64,000 bases of DNA. Origin: Candidatus Tenderia sp. GTDB lineage: Bacteria > Pseudomonadota > Gammaproteobacteria > Tenderiales > Tenderiaceae. Where the stretch lies: contig JANOSY010000002.1 in assembly GCA_031416075.1 (NCBI GenBank), positions 9,606-73,605 of the forward strand. The letters run 5' to 3'. The notes under the pieces are model-generated. The model was not told the DNA's origin. It did not search any database and saw nothing but the letters and a program-made list of their open reading frames with translations. This document shows, piece by piece, positions 48,899 through 57,951 of the stretch. Numbering within the stretch: position 1 is the stretch's first letter; each line of letters starts with the position of its first letter. The translations under genes and the position numbers were made by a program.

Positions 48899-50275
48899 AT
48901 GAAGGTAACTGTAAAATCACGACGTCAGATCAGGCTGCAAAACATCCTGTTTGTGGTGTTGTTTGTAGGGTTAATTGGTGTGTTGGCGTGGCTGAGTACC
49001 CGTTACCACTATCAGTCTGACTGGACCGCCAATGGTCGGAATTCGCTTTCTGAGGCGAGTGTGGCGGCGTTGGCGGAGATTAAAGAGCCGCTGAAGGTGA
49101 CGCTGTTTGTTACCGAGATGGGGCCGATGAAACAGCGTATCAGTGAAGTGCTGGCGCGTTATCAACGTCACAAGCAGGATATAACGGTAGAGGTTGTTAA
49201 TCCTGATACGGCCCCGGATCAGGTACGCAAACTTGCTATCACCATTAACGGTGAGATGGTGTTTGAGTATCAGGGCCGTAGTGAAAAGTTGGCGGCGATT
49301 GATGAGCAGAGCATCACCAATGTCCTGCAGCGGTTGAGTCGTGGCGAAGAGCGTTGGTTGGTCTTTTTGGAAGGGCACGGTGAGCGCAACCCCTTTGGGC
49401 AGGCGAACCACGATATTCAGACCTGGGCCAAGGAGCTGGAGGCAAAAGGGTTGAAACTCAAGGGGATCAATCTGGCAACACAGCCCCTGATTCCTGACAA
49501 TACCGCCGTTCTGGTCGTTGCCGGACCGCAGGTCAATTATCTGCCTGGGGAGGTAAAGGTCATTAATGAGTATCTGCAGCGGGGCGGTAATCTGCTGTGG
49601 CTGGCAGATCCCGATGGTCTGTTTGGGCTTGATGCCGTGGCGGACCAGCTGGGTGTGACGTTGCAGCCGGGGGCGATTGTTGATCCGACAACCCAGGCCT
49701 ACAACATTAATAACCCCACCTTTGCCATCATTGGCGAGTATGGCCGGCACCCGGTGACGCAAGGCTTTAATATGTACACCATCTTCCCGATGGCGGCGGG
49801 ACTGATGTTTGAAGCGCGCACCGGTTGGCGTGGTGATGCGTTTTTGACCACATCCGAACATAGCTGGTCTGAAACCGGTGTGCTAGCCGGTGAAATTGAC
49901 TTTGATGCCAGTCAGGACATCTCTGGCCCGTTAACGCTGGGCGTTGGCATTACACGTACGTTGGATAGCGAGAAGGAGCCGGAGCACTCTGAGCTGCCAC
50001 TGAGGGAGCAGCGGGTGGTGGTGATTGGTGACGGCGACTTTCTCTCGAACGCCTATCTTGGCAATGGTGGCAATCTTAATCTTGGCATGAACATTATCAA
50101 CTGGTTAAGCCGTGATGATCAGCTGTTGTCGATTCCGGCCAGAACTGCGCCGGACACCTCGCTGGATCTATCAAAAACAGACTCAGTGATCATCGGCTTC
50201 GGTTTTTTGCTGGCATTGCCACTGTTACTGCTGACGACTGGGTTGGTGATCTGGCTGAAACGGCGTAAGGCGTGA
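48899..50275 (+). CDS. ABC auxiliary protein (GldG-like)
   Basis: DWTANGRNSLS, EGHGER, VIGDGDFLSN, NWL; TM at both ends. Confidence 0.85.
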   Translation: MKVTVKSRRQIRLQNILFVVLFVGLIGVLAWLSTRYHYQSDWTANGRNSLSEASVAALAEIKEPLKVTLFVTEMGPMKQRISEVLARYQRHKQDITVEVVNPDTAPDQVRKLAITINGEMVFEYQGRSEKLAAIDEQSITNVLQRLSRGEERWLVFLEGHGERNPFGQANHDIQTWAKELEAKGLKLKGINLATQPLIPDNTAVLVVAGPQVNYLPGEVKVINEYLQRGGNLLWLADPDGLFGLDAVADQLGVTLQPGAIVDPTTQAYNINNPTFAIIGEYGRHPVTQGFNMYTIFPMAAGLMFEARTGWRGDAFLTTSEHSWSETGVLAGEIDFDASQDISGPLTLGVGITRTLDSEKEPEHSELPLREQRVVVIGDGDFLSNAYLGNGGNLNLGMNIINWLSRDDQLLSIPARTAPDTSLDLSKTDSVIIGFGFLLALPLLLLTTGLVIWLKRRKA

Positions 50276-50279
50276 TCCG

Positions 50280-51149
50280 ATGGCATTAAACAGACGTACC
50301 GCACTGAATCTGGGACTGTTGCTGCTAGTAGCCCTGCTGGGCACGGTGGTCTGGCTGGAGCCGGGCCTGAAAGAGCCAGCGCAGCAGGAGACACCGTTAA
50401 CGGCACTTACCTCGCAACAGGTGCAGCAGCTGCGGTTGAAAAATGGACATGGCGAGCTGTTGTTGCAGCGCCAGGGCGACGGTTGGGCGCTGAGTGAGCC
50501 GTTGACAGTGGCGGCTGATCCGTTTCAGGTGGAGCAGTTACTACAATGGTTGACGGTTGCCAGCCTGCAGAGCTATGCCGCAGAGGGGTTGGATCTGGCC
50601 AAATTTGGCCTTGAACAGCCGCAGGCGACATTGAGCACAGAGGGTCTGGAGTTACGTTTTGGTGGTCTGGATCCACTTAATCAACGTCGTTATCTGCTGA
50701 TTAATGGCGTGGTACATCTGGTTGCCAAGAACGATTTGACGGATGTGACTTCTGGCTGGAGCCAGTTTGTATCACCGGTGGTGATTCCGGCTGCGGCAAA
50801 AATCGAATCACTAACCCTTCCTGGTTTAGGTGTGGTCATGCAGGGAGAGAAGGGCTGGCACTATGAAGGGCCGACCCCTCCCGACTCTGCCGATGCCATG
50901 CAGATATTGGTAGATGGCTGGCGCAGTGCCAGGGCCATCTCCGTTGAACCGGCGGTGACTGCGGGTGGTGAGCGGGTGACAATCACGTTTGCCGATGACC
51001 ATCCGCCGCTGTTGTTGATGCTGAGCAGAACGGATGACACCTTGATACTACGACCTGAGAGTCTAGGAATTGAGTATCACATGGCTTTGCAACAGGAAGC
51101 CATGTTGTTCAAATGGAGTGCCTCTGCAATAGATGGGGAAAAACAGTAA
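50280..51149 (+). CDS. DUF4340-like exported protein
   Basis: N-terminal TM; DLAKFGLEQP, FGGLDP..RRY; typical position after GldG. Confidence 0.75.
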   Translation: MALNRRTALNLGLLLLVALLGTVVWLEPGLKEPAQQETPLTALTSQQVQQLRLKNGHGELLLQRQGDGWALSEPLTVAADPFQVEQLLQWLTVASLQSYAAEGLDLAKFGLEQPQATLSTEGLELRFGGLDPLNQRRYLLINGVVHLVAKNDLTDVTSGWSQFVSPVVIPAAAKIESLTLPGLGVVMQGEKGWHYEGPTPPDSADAMQILVDGWRSARAISVEPAVTAGGERVTITFADDHPPLLLMLSRTDDTLILRPESLGIEYHMALQQEAMLFKWSASAIDGEKQ

Positions 51150-51964
51150 TGCCGGAGTTGCCAGAGGTCGAGACCACCCGGCGGGGCATAGCGCCCCATG
51201 TTGAAGGGGGTGTGGTGACTGATGTGGTCTTGCGCCGTCGTACGTTGCGCTACCCCATACCGCCATCGCTGCTGACCGACTTGCCGGGCAAGGTGATCGA
51301 GCGGGTTGAGCGGCGGGGTAAATATCTGCTGCTCTGTGTGGCGGAGGGCGCGGTGATTATCCACCTCGGTATGTCTGGCAATCTGCGCCTGGTTGATCAT
51401 GCCACTCCGGTGGAAAAACATGATCACGTCGACATTATTATTGATTCTAAAAGAATTTTACGTTTTCATGACCCACGCCGCTTTGGTGCAATCCTCTGGT
51501 GCGGTGGCAATATACTTGAACATGCCCTGCTGGCCACCTTGGGCCCCGAGCCGCTGGAGGAGAGTTTTGATGGCGACTACCTGTATGAGCGCTCCCGCAA
51601 ACGTAAACAATCGATCAAACAGTTCATTATGGATAGCCATGTGGTGGTGGGGGTGGGGAACATCTACGCCAGTGAGTCACTATTTCTCTCGGGCATCCGG
51701 CCACAGACCGCTGCAGGCAAGGTGACTCGGCCACGCTGCCAGCAATTGGTTGCTGCGATTCAGCAGGTCTTGCAAGCGGCCATTAAGCAGGGCGGCACAA
51801 CCTTGCGTGATTTTGTTGATGGCGAAGGGCGTCCGGGCTACTTTCAGCAGCAACTCAACGTATATGGGCGTGAAGGTGAGCCGTGCCATCAGTGTGGCAC
51901 GGCAATCAAGCAGTTACGTCAGGGGCAGCGGGCGACCTATTACTGCCCACACTGCCAGCGTTAA
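51149..51964 (+). CDS. mutM: Formamidopyrimidine-DNA glycosylase
   Basis: MPELPEVE, HLGMSG, GVGNIYA, zinc finger CHQC...CPHCQ. Confidence 0.98.
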   Translation: MPELPEVETTRRGIAPHVEGGVVTDVVLRRRTLRYPIPPSLLTDLPGKVIERVERRGKYLLLCVAEGAVIIHLGMSGNLRLVDHATPVEKHDHVDIIIDSKRILRFHDPRRFGAILWCGGNILEHALLATLGPEPLEESFDGDYLYERSRKRKQSIKQFIMDSHVVVGVGNIYASESLFLSGIRPQTAAGKVTRPRCQQLVAAIQQVLQAAIKQGGTTLRDFVDGEGRPGYFQQQLNVYGREGEPCHQCGTAIKQLRQGQRATYYCPHCQR

Positions 51965-53388
51965 AGTATCGGGCTACTCTGTTTGGTTGAATCCTGTTCT
52001 TTATGCAGTGCGCGGAGGATGACCCCGTTGGGCTGCTGAATCAGTGTTTCAATATCCTTATTCAGCGTGGAGACCTGATCCCGGAACTGCTTGTGTTTGG
52101 GGTCAAACGGGTCAAAGACAATAAAGTCGATGGTGCCAATATTTTTCAGTAGCTCCTCAGCGGTGTCGAAGTTCGGCGGTAGTGGAAATACCGGGCGTTT
52201 GAGCGCCAACATGGTGCGTGCAGGCCACTGGCTGATGGTGTAAAAGTCATCTTTGATCTCTTCGGTTTCAATCGCCAGAGAGCGGATAATGTCGTCGTGC
52301 GGTTCAAGAGTATTGTTGATAACGCCGCTGCGGTAACTGCGATCACCCATCATAAACAGTGTCGCCACAATAAAAACGGCGGCCATCACAATGCCCCGTT
52401 GCCCGGCAAAACCCTGGCCGCCAAGTTTGTCATTGGCAGCAATCAGCAGCTGTACGCCGTAGTATAACGTCAATGCCAGCACAATCAGTGCCCAGCTGTA
52501 GTCAGCCGCAACCAATCCCACAAGCGTGGCCAGCAGAAGCATTCTTGGCAAAAAATTGGATACCAGCTGTCGGCGCTGGAAAAAAACAACAGCACATACT
52601 AGCAGGGCAGGCATAATGCCGGAGACCCACTCAACGGGTTCGGGGTCTCCAGGTGTTTTGCCCAAGGATGCCGCACCCAGTGTAGTGAGTGGGTTGAGCA
52701 GCCACTCCAGTGCCGGCCTGCCCAATAGATAACTAAAGAGCAATGTAAAGATTACCGTCAATGCAATTCCGATGTGAAACTGACGTTGCTGGGTGGTACT
52801 GATGGGATTGGTACGCCACTCCCAAGCAAGGGCCAAAGGATAGGCGAGTCCAGCAGGGTGGATGCTAACCAATGTAAGAACCAGCAGAAGCTGACAGAAA
52901 TACCAGCCACTTAGCGGTTTGCCAGAGGTGCGGTACTTATTGTTGAGCCAAAAACCGACCGCAAAACCGAGTAGTAAAAAGGGACCGGCACCCACGGAGT
53001 TTATTTGCATCAATGACAGCGGAGCGATCAGCAACAGCCCCGATGCGATGAGTGCGGCCTCGCCATCTTGATGCTGCTTGCTCCAGCGGTAGAGCAGTGT
53101 GGTCGCTGCAAACAGCACCGCCAACATAAAGACCTTGACAGCTATAAAGCTCCCAGTCCAGTAGGCACCCAGCGGCAAAAATAACAGCGCGCGCAAGTCA
53201 GGTACTCCCAAGGTGACAATGGGATTCACCACGCGGTCAGAAACACTCCAGTTTGATAATAATGCACGTGCCGCAGACTCATCGATGCCATATGCATCAA
53301 AGCGCAATAGGTTAAAGCCAAGCGCCAGCCCCCCCCAAACCAACAGGACAGCTACACCCCAATAACGATAAAGCCTTGAAACATCCAT
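51961..53388 (-). CDS. Polytopic membrane protein, possibly GT-C fold
   Basis: ~11 hydrophobic segments, acidic DAYGIDE in first loop, soluble C-terminal domain. Confidence 0.6.
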   Translation of the reverse strand: MDVSRLYRYWGVAVLLVWGGLALGFNLLRFDAYGIDESAARALLSNWSVSDRVVNPIVTLGVPDLRALLFLPLGAYWTGSFIAVKVFMLAVLFAATTLLYRWSKQHQDGEAALIASGLLLIAPLSLMQINSVGAGPFLLLGFAVGFWLNNKYRTSGKPLSGWYFCQLLLVLTLVSIHPAGLAYPLALAWEWRTNPISTTQQRQFHIGIALTVIFTLLFSYLLGRPALEWLLNPLTTLGAASLGKTPGDPEPVEWVSGIMPALLVCAVVFFQRRQLVSNFLPRMLLLATLVGLVAADYSWALIVLALTLYYGVQLLIAANDKLGGQGFAGQRGIVMAAVFIVATLFMMGDRSYRSGVINNTLEPHDDIIRSLAIETEEIKDDFYTISQWPARTMLALKRPVFPLPPNFDTAEELLKNIGTIDFIVFDPFDPKHKQFRDQVSTLNKDIETLIQQPNGVILRALHKEQDSTKQSSPIL

Positions 53389-53682
53389 TATTATCTCTCT
53401 GTCTAGAGGATTGATAGCACACAAAAAATCAAGCGCAGGATCATAACGTAAATCAATAGTCGCTGCACCCCGATCAGACTATTAATAATGGTGCGCTGAT
53501 GTGGTAGGATGTCGCCAGCAAAAATAATCGGCAGGGGTAGTGCCCTATCTGTGTGTCTCGCTGGCTGTAGTGCTTGCATTAAAGTTTGTGGTCATGCTAT
53601 ATATCCGGTTTAGCAATGAAATGTTGTTAATAATATAAAATAGATTAGATGGTTGGTTCGTTAATTTTAAGGGGAGGCAAAC

Positions 53683-53775
53683 ATGGTAGAAACAGGTGAT
53701 GTGATCACGTTATATGTGATTTGGTTTGTATTTGCATTTGCGTTGGCTGGGTTTGTTCTTAAAAAGAATTCCTGA
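53683..53775 (+). CDS. 30-aa single-TM microprotein
   Basis: RBS GGGGAGG; MVETGDVITLYVIWFVFAFALAGFVLKKNS. Confidence 0.6.
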   Translation: MVETGDVITLYVIWFVFAFALAGFVLKKNS

Positions 53776-53917
53776 AATTTTGGCATAGTGCCTGGATGTT
53801 AGGAAAGTTAGATAAATGGGGATTTAGGGTGTTCTTGACGTGGCTCTGTGCGTGGGTGTAGTGTTCGGTGCCAAGAACTACTTGAAGAAAGATAAGAAAT
53901 GGGAGGGCGTCTTTGTT

Positions 53918-54685
53918 ATGCGCAATTATTTGATTAAGTTGGGGTCGGCTTCAGTGGTCGCTCTGTCGATGATGTTGGCTCCATTGGCACATGCAAGCGG
54001 TAACGCTGGCAATATTGACCGCGTTAATGGAAAGTCAATTTTTGAAAAGGGTAAAGGGGATGTGCCGGCGTGTAACTCATGCCACGGTGCTGATGGTATG
54101 GGCAACGATGATATGGGCACGCCTCGGCTAGCCGGTCAGATTTACGTATTTCTGGTTAAGCAGTTGCACGATTTCGCCACTGATAAACGCCAAGACACTA
54201 CCATGTACGTCATGAACGCTAACGCAAAAGGGCTGAGTGAACAGGATCGTCGTGATGTTGCGGGCTACCTTAATTCGCTGGGCCGTGCTTTCGAAGGTAA
54301 GCACTTGCAAGAGACCTCTGGTGGTTCCGATATGGCTGCTCTAAAAGAGTCAGGCACCGAGGTTGGCAAGAGTCATCTTGGAAAAGTGATAGTTAATTTT
54401 GGCGTGCCCGAGCGTGGCATTCCTGCTTGCCTTTCCTGTCATGGCCATGCAGGTCGTGGTGTGGAGCCGATGTATCCACGTATAGGCGAGCAGAAATTTG
54501 TTTATCTGGTCAGTCAGTTGAAAAAGTGGCGTGACGGTAGTCGTGCCAACGACCCTATGAAACAGATGCAGATTGTCGCGGGCAAAATGACTGATGAAGA
54601 TATCCTCAATGCTGCAACATATCTGACTCAGGCACCTCAGACTACGATGGGCAACAGCCGTATTCCGGTTGAGCATTTGCCATAG
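53918..54685 (+). CDS. Periplasmic diheme cytochrome c4 (Cyc1-like)
   Basis: Signal ending AHA; CNSCH and CLSCH; PRLAGQ..LVKQL and PRIGEQ..YLVSQL; Met ligands. Confidence 0.92.
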   Translation: MRNYLIKLGSASVVALSMMLAPLAHASGNAGNIDRVNGKSIFEKGKGDVPACNSCHGADGMGNDDMGTPRLAGQIYVFLVKQLHDFATDKRQDTTMYVMNANAKGLSEQDRRDVAGYLNSLGRAFEGKHLQETSGGSDMAALKESGTEVGKSHLGKVIVNFGVPERGIPACLSCHGHAGRGVEPMYPRIGEQKFVYLVSQLKKWRDGSRANDPMKQMQIVAGKMTDEDILNAATYLTQAPQTTMGNSRIPVEHLP

Positions 54686-54732
54686 GTTAGAAGTTTTACC
54701 GGGGTGCAGAAAATCTTGGTGACTTAAATAAT

Positions 54733-54760
54733 GGGGCGGCCTTGGCCGCCCTTTTTTTTC
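54733..54760 (+). terminator. Rho-independent terminator
   Basis: GGGCGGCC-TT-GGCCGCCC followed by T8. Confidence 0.85.
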
Positions 54761-54796
54761 TCTGGCAATAAAGCTGTTACGTGAGTGGTAGAAGGT

Positions 54797-55399
54797 ATGG
54801 CTAGTAAACATGCGTTAAAGCAGGGTGAGAAGGTTTTGTTTGGTGTCTTTGGCGCTTTTATAGTTGCTGCGGTGCTCGGTTATATTGTGCTGGAGGTTGT
54901 GCGCCATAATCTTGATAAGCCTATGTATCAGGTAACAACCCACTTCGCGTTGTCTGACGATGGGCTGAAGGGGTCGGTAGTATTTCGCGAAGGGCGTTGT
55001 ACTGCGTGTCATAGGGCTATGCGTAATGGCACAAATATGGGGCTATCACTGGATGGTTTGGGCAGCAAGCGCACGGTTGATTGGATATATGCCTTTTTAC
55101 GCGACCCCGAAAAAATGTATGGTTCGACCACGCTTGATCATGGGGAGTTTCCAAAAGAGGCTGCCTATGTTGCAAAAATGCCAGAAGCCGAGTTGAAGCT
55201 AATCGCAGTATTTCTCTCTGAGTTAATATCAGATCAGGGCTCCCCCTCTTCCCCAGTGCCTCCATCTGGCGAGTCGGGATTTATTGATGGTGCGTTGAAA
55301 ATGGTTGCCCCTCCGGATTGGAAGGATAAGTATAAAGACGTGCGTGAGCAAGGTGGCGTGGAAATATTGGATGTAGAAAAAAATGCAACAGAGAGGTGA
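54797..55399 (+). CDS. Membrane-anchored monoheme cytochrome c
   Basis: N-terminal TM; CTACH; LDGLGSKR..DWI..FLRDP. Confidence 0.85.
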   Translation: MASKHALKQGEKVLFGVFGAFIVAAVLGYIVLEVVRHNLDKPMYQVTTHFALSDDGLKGSVVFREGRCTACHRAMRNGTNMGLSLDGLGSKRTVDWIYAFLRDPEKMYGSTTLDHGEFPKEAAYVAKMPEAELKLIAVFLSELISDQGSPSSPVPPSGESGFIDGALKMVAPPDWKDKYKDVREQGGVEILDVEKNATER

Positions 55400-55916
55400 T
55401 GTGGTGAACGAGCCGTGGACGCAGGATAAGGTGTATATTCGTTATACACTGTGGTTTGTTTATTGCTGCATAATCTATAGCATTATTGGATTTTCCTGGG
55501 GTGCCTTGATGGGAGGGATCTCTGAGTTTAGGCACTTTGTTGATCATCGGTTGCATGGAGATTTGATTGTGCGTGCTCATACCCATATCAATCTGTTGGG
55601 TTGGGTTGAAATGGCAATTTTTGCTGCTGTTTACTACATAATTCCACGTTTGGTACGGCGTCCCATATATAGCATTACTTTGGTTAAGGTTCATTTTTGG
55701 ACGCATAATATTGGCCTGATTGGGATGGTTTTGCTGTTTACTATCGCAGGTGTCTTGGGCGGTATGGCTAGTGTGGCAATGGCACCGGATGAAGTGGAAA
55801 AAATTGTGAAGCCGTGGTTGGCCGCAATGGGTCTGTTTGGTACCGTGGTGTTAATCGCTAATTTAATATGGGCTTACAACTTGACCAGAACTTGTTTGGG
55901 ATGGGAGAAAGATTAA
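55383..55916 (+). CDS. Single-unit (4-TM) heme-copper-oxidase homology protein
   Basis: AHTHINLLGW, VYYIIPRL..RPIYS, VHFW: match helices IX-XII of CcoN; start uncertain. Confidence 0.8.
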   Translation: MQQRGDVVNEPWTQDKVYIRYTLWFVYCCIIYSIIGFSWGALMGGISEFRHFVDHRLHGDLIVRAHTHINLLGWVEMAIFAAVYYIIPRLVRRPIYSITLVKVHFWTHNIGLIGMVLLFTIAGVLGGMASVAMAPDEVEKIVKPWLAAMGLFGTVVLIANLIWAYNLTRTCLGWEKD

Positions 55917-56422
55917 TGCTGAAAATGAGCGTGTTTTCTTTGGTGTTGATTTCGTTCCTGATGGGGTGTGGCGCGGTACCTGTAGGTATGTTGCAAGTAG
56001 GGTCAGAAGCCCCGCGCATTAAAACGAAAACACTGGCGGATGTAGATGGAGACTTTAGTCGCATCACTAGTTATCGTTATCCAGATGAGCGCATGTATGA
56101 GTATTCTTTAGATGACGCTCTGAAGACAGGTAAGCCGATAGTCTTGGAGTTTGCAACCCCAGGACACTGTACGGTGTGTGATGTGCAGTTACAGATGTTA
56201 AAGGGTTTGTTGGCTGAGTACGGGGAGGATGTAATATTTCTTCACATGGACCAATACCAGAATCCTGAAGCATTTAAAGCGTTTAAGGTGATGGGGGATC
56301 CTTGGACGTACATCATTGACGGTGAGAATAAGGTGCAATACAAACAAGCGGGCAGAATGCTTTATGGTGAGCTCGAGTCTGTGATTAAGCGTGTCTTGAA
56401 TGTTGAGACTGGCAATGGCTAA
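55916..56422 (+). CDS. Thioredoxin-fold lipoprotein
   Basis: Lipobox FLMGC; FATPGHCTVC; GDPWTYIID. Confidence 0.8.
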   Translation: MLKMSVFSLVLISFLMGCGAVPVGMLQVGSEAPRIKTKTLADVDGDFSRITSYRYPDERMYEYSLDDALKTGKPIVLEFATPGHCTVCDVQLQMLKGLLAEYGEDVIFLHMDQYQNPEAFKAFKVMGDPWTYIIDGENKVQYKQAGRMLYGELESVIKRVLNVETGNG

Positions 56423-56873
56423 GAGCGAAAACTATGAGTTACTACCGGACAAGCAAGGAGCCTTGTGGGATGTCGTGATGTATGTCCCGGTGGTGGTTGT
56501 TTTGGCCTCGCTGGCATTGCAGCTCTGGTATGGAGGCACGTACAAAAACTTTTCATATGTTCTTATTTTTGCGGCGAGCTTTATCTTTCTTATTGGCGCG
56601 AATCGAGTGTTAAAAAGCCGTCTAATGATACTGCCAAGTGCGCCTAGGTCTTTTGAAATAGACAAAAAATTGGTTGTGGTCATATTGCGGAATGGCGAAC
56701 GGGTTGAGCTGGTGAGGGAACTACGTTATTTTTCCGATTATGCCGGAAAGTCATTTGGATTGACGGGTGTCGATTTGTCGGGCAAAAAACAGCAGTTTGT
56801 CTTCCATAAGGCGCAGTTTGGTGGCGGATCTGACTTTAATGATATTAGGTCTCGTCTAGCCGTTTATAAGTAG
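56415..56873 (+). CDS. Hypothetical membrane protein (2 TM + soluble domain)
   Basis: ORF overlapping the upstream gene; two hydrophobic segments. Confidence 0.75.
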   Translation: MAKSENYELLPDKQGALWDVVMYVPVVVVLASLALQLWYGGTYKNFSYVLIFAASFIFLIGANRVLKSRLMILPSAPRSFEIDKKLVVVILRNGERVELVRELRYFSDYAGKSFGLTGVDLSGKKQQFVFHKAQFGGGSDFNDIRSRLAVYK

Positions 56874-56882
56874 GGGGGGTTA

Positions 56883-57083
56883 TCACTGGCGAGGCTTTTT
56901 ACGCTGCCTAATTATGTCCCATGCCATAAGCGCCATGGTAACGGCGGCAACAATGCAGCCTATTATGATGGCAGCAATTTCTGTCTCCGGACTGACAAGT
57001 CCTCCTATAAACATATGAATTGAATAGCCAAAAACAGTCAGGCCAGCGATTGCTGCGATGGTGTAGATTATTATTTCTTTCAC
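56883..57083 (-). CDS. Small 2-TM hypothetical protein
   Basis: 66 aa; YSIHMFIGGLVSPETE between two TM helices; basic tail. Confidence 0.7.
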   Translation of the reverse strand: MKEIIIYTIAAIAGLTVFGYSIHMFIGGLVSPETEIAAIIIGCIVAAVTMALMAWDIIRQRKKPRQ

Positions 57084-57431
57084 GAATTTGCTTTGTGTTG
57101 TATCAATGGAATAAAAAATTACAAGTTTTCATTCTATCGATTTTCACCTTTGGTTTGTAACATTTTTTGTGGGTTAGGTATGGTGATGTATAGTTGATTG
57201 ATTTGGGCGGTTATGTAGGCGTTTTGTTGTTCTCGGGAATTGAAGCAAACACCTTAAAAAGACTTGACTGTCATTGTTTCTTTATGCAAACATCTCCAGT
57301 CGGAGTTGGCTTCTATGAAAGCTTTCCCAGATGTGTCTAACCAAGGGGGCTTGGGTTGGATGGGGAGTAGAAGTTAGGTCAAAACGGCATCATAAAATTT
57401 TTAGTCTGTCAATTTGTTGAGGAGGGGAATC

Positions 57432-57722
57432 ATGGTTAATAACCTGACGCCGGGTAAAACGTTTATTCTGAGTTTAATCTCTGGGTTTGTCACAGGAATG
57501 GGCAATGGGAGCGTTTTTGGTGCGGCCTTGATGTGTGCGCTGGGGCGAGCTCGATTTGAGGATTGGGGTGGCTGGGGCGCACAAGCGTATGACCCTACGA
57601 CATTCCAGGGTTTTGTTGACTGGTGTATGCTTGTATTCGGTGCGGCTTATGTTGTCATTATGATGGTGGCTCTCAATCGTCATGGAGAGTTAGAGGCTGT
57701 AGCTGCGCGTAAAGGGCATTAA
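57432..57722 (+). CDS. Hypothetical membrane protein
   Basis: RBS GGAGGGG; Gly-rich TM segments. Confidence 0.75.
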   Translation: MVNNLTPGKTFILSLISGFVTGMGNGSVFGAALMCALGRARFEDWGGWGAQAYDPTTFQGFVDWCMLVFGAAYVVIMMVALNRHGELEAVAARKGH

Positions 57723-57801
57723 AAAATCTGTATAAATAATTACAGCAGTGACGCATATTTGTGTTGGTTGTGAAATATATACGTTTTGGAGGGGTACGGT
57801 T

Positions 57802-57894
57802 ATGGTAATGATAGCGACAATCTTGGGGATTCTCCTTGCACTTTCTAGTATGTGGTTTTCTTGGTATCTGTTGATGCCCGGTGAGCACAATTAG
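57802..57894 (+). CDS. 30-aa single-TM microprotein
   Basis: RBS GGAGGGG; MVMIATILGILLALSSMWFSWYLLMPGEHN. Confidence 0.6.
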   Translation: MVMIATILGILLALSSMWFSWYLLMPGEHN

Positions 57895-57951
57895 GCGTTG
57901 AACAGCGGATTTTGGATTTATTTGTAATAAGATAAGGGGAGGTTGTAAACC

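Noticed and set aside
53405-53610. FNR box and sigma70 promoter upstream of the cytochrome island
   Set aside because: Only a half match (TTGAT-N4-CACAA) and a weak -10; cannot be supported by eye
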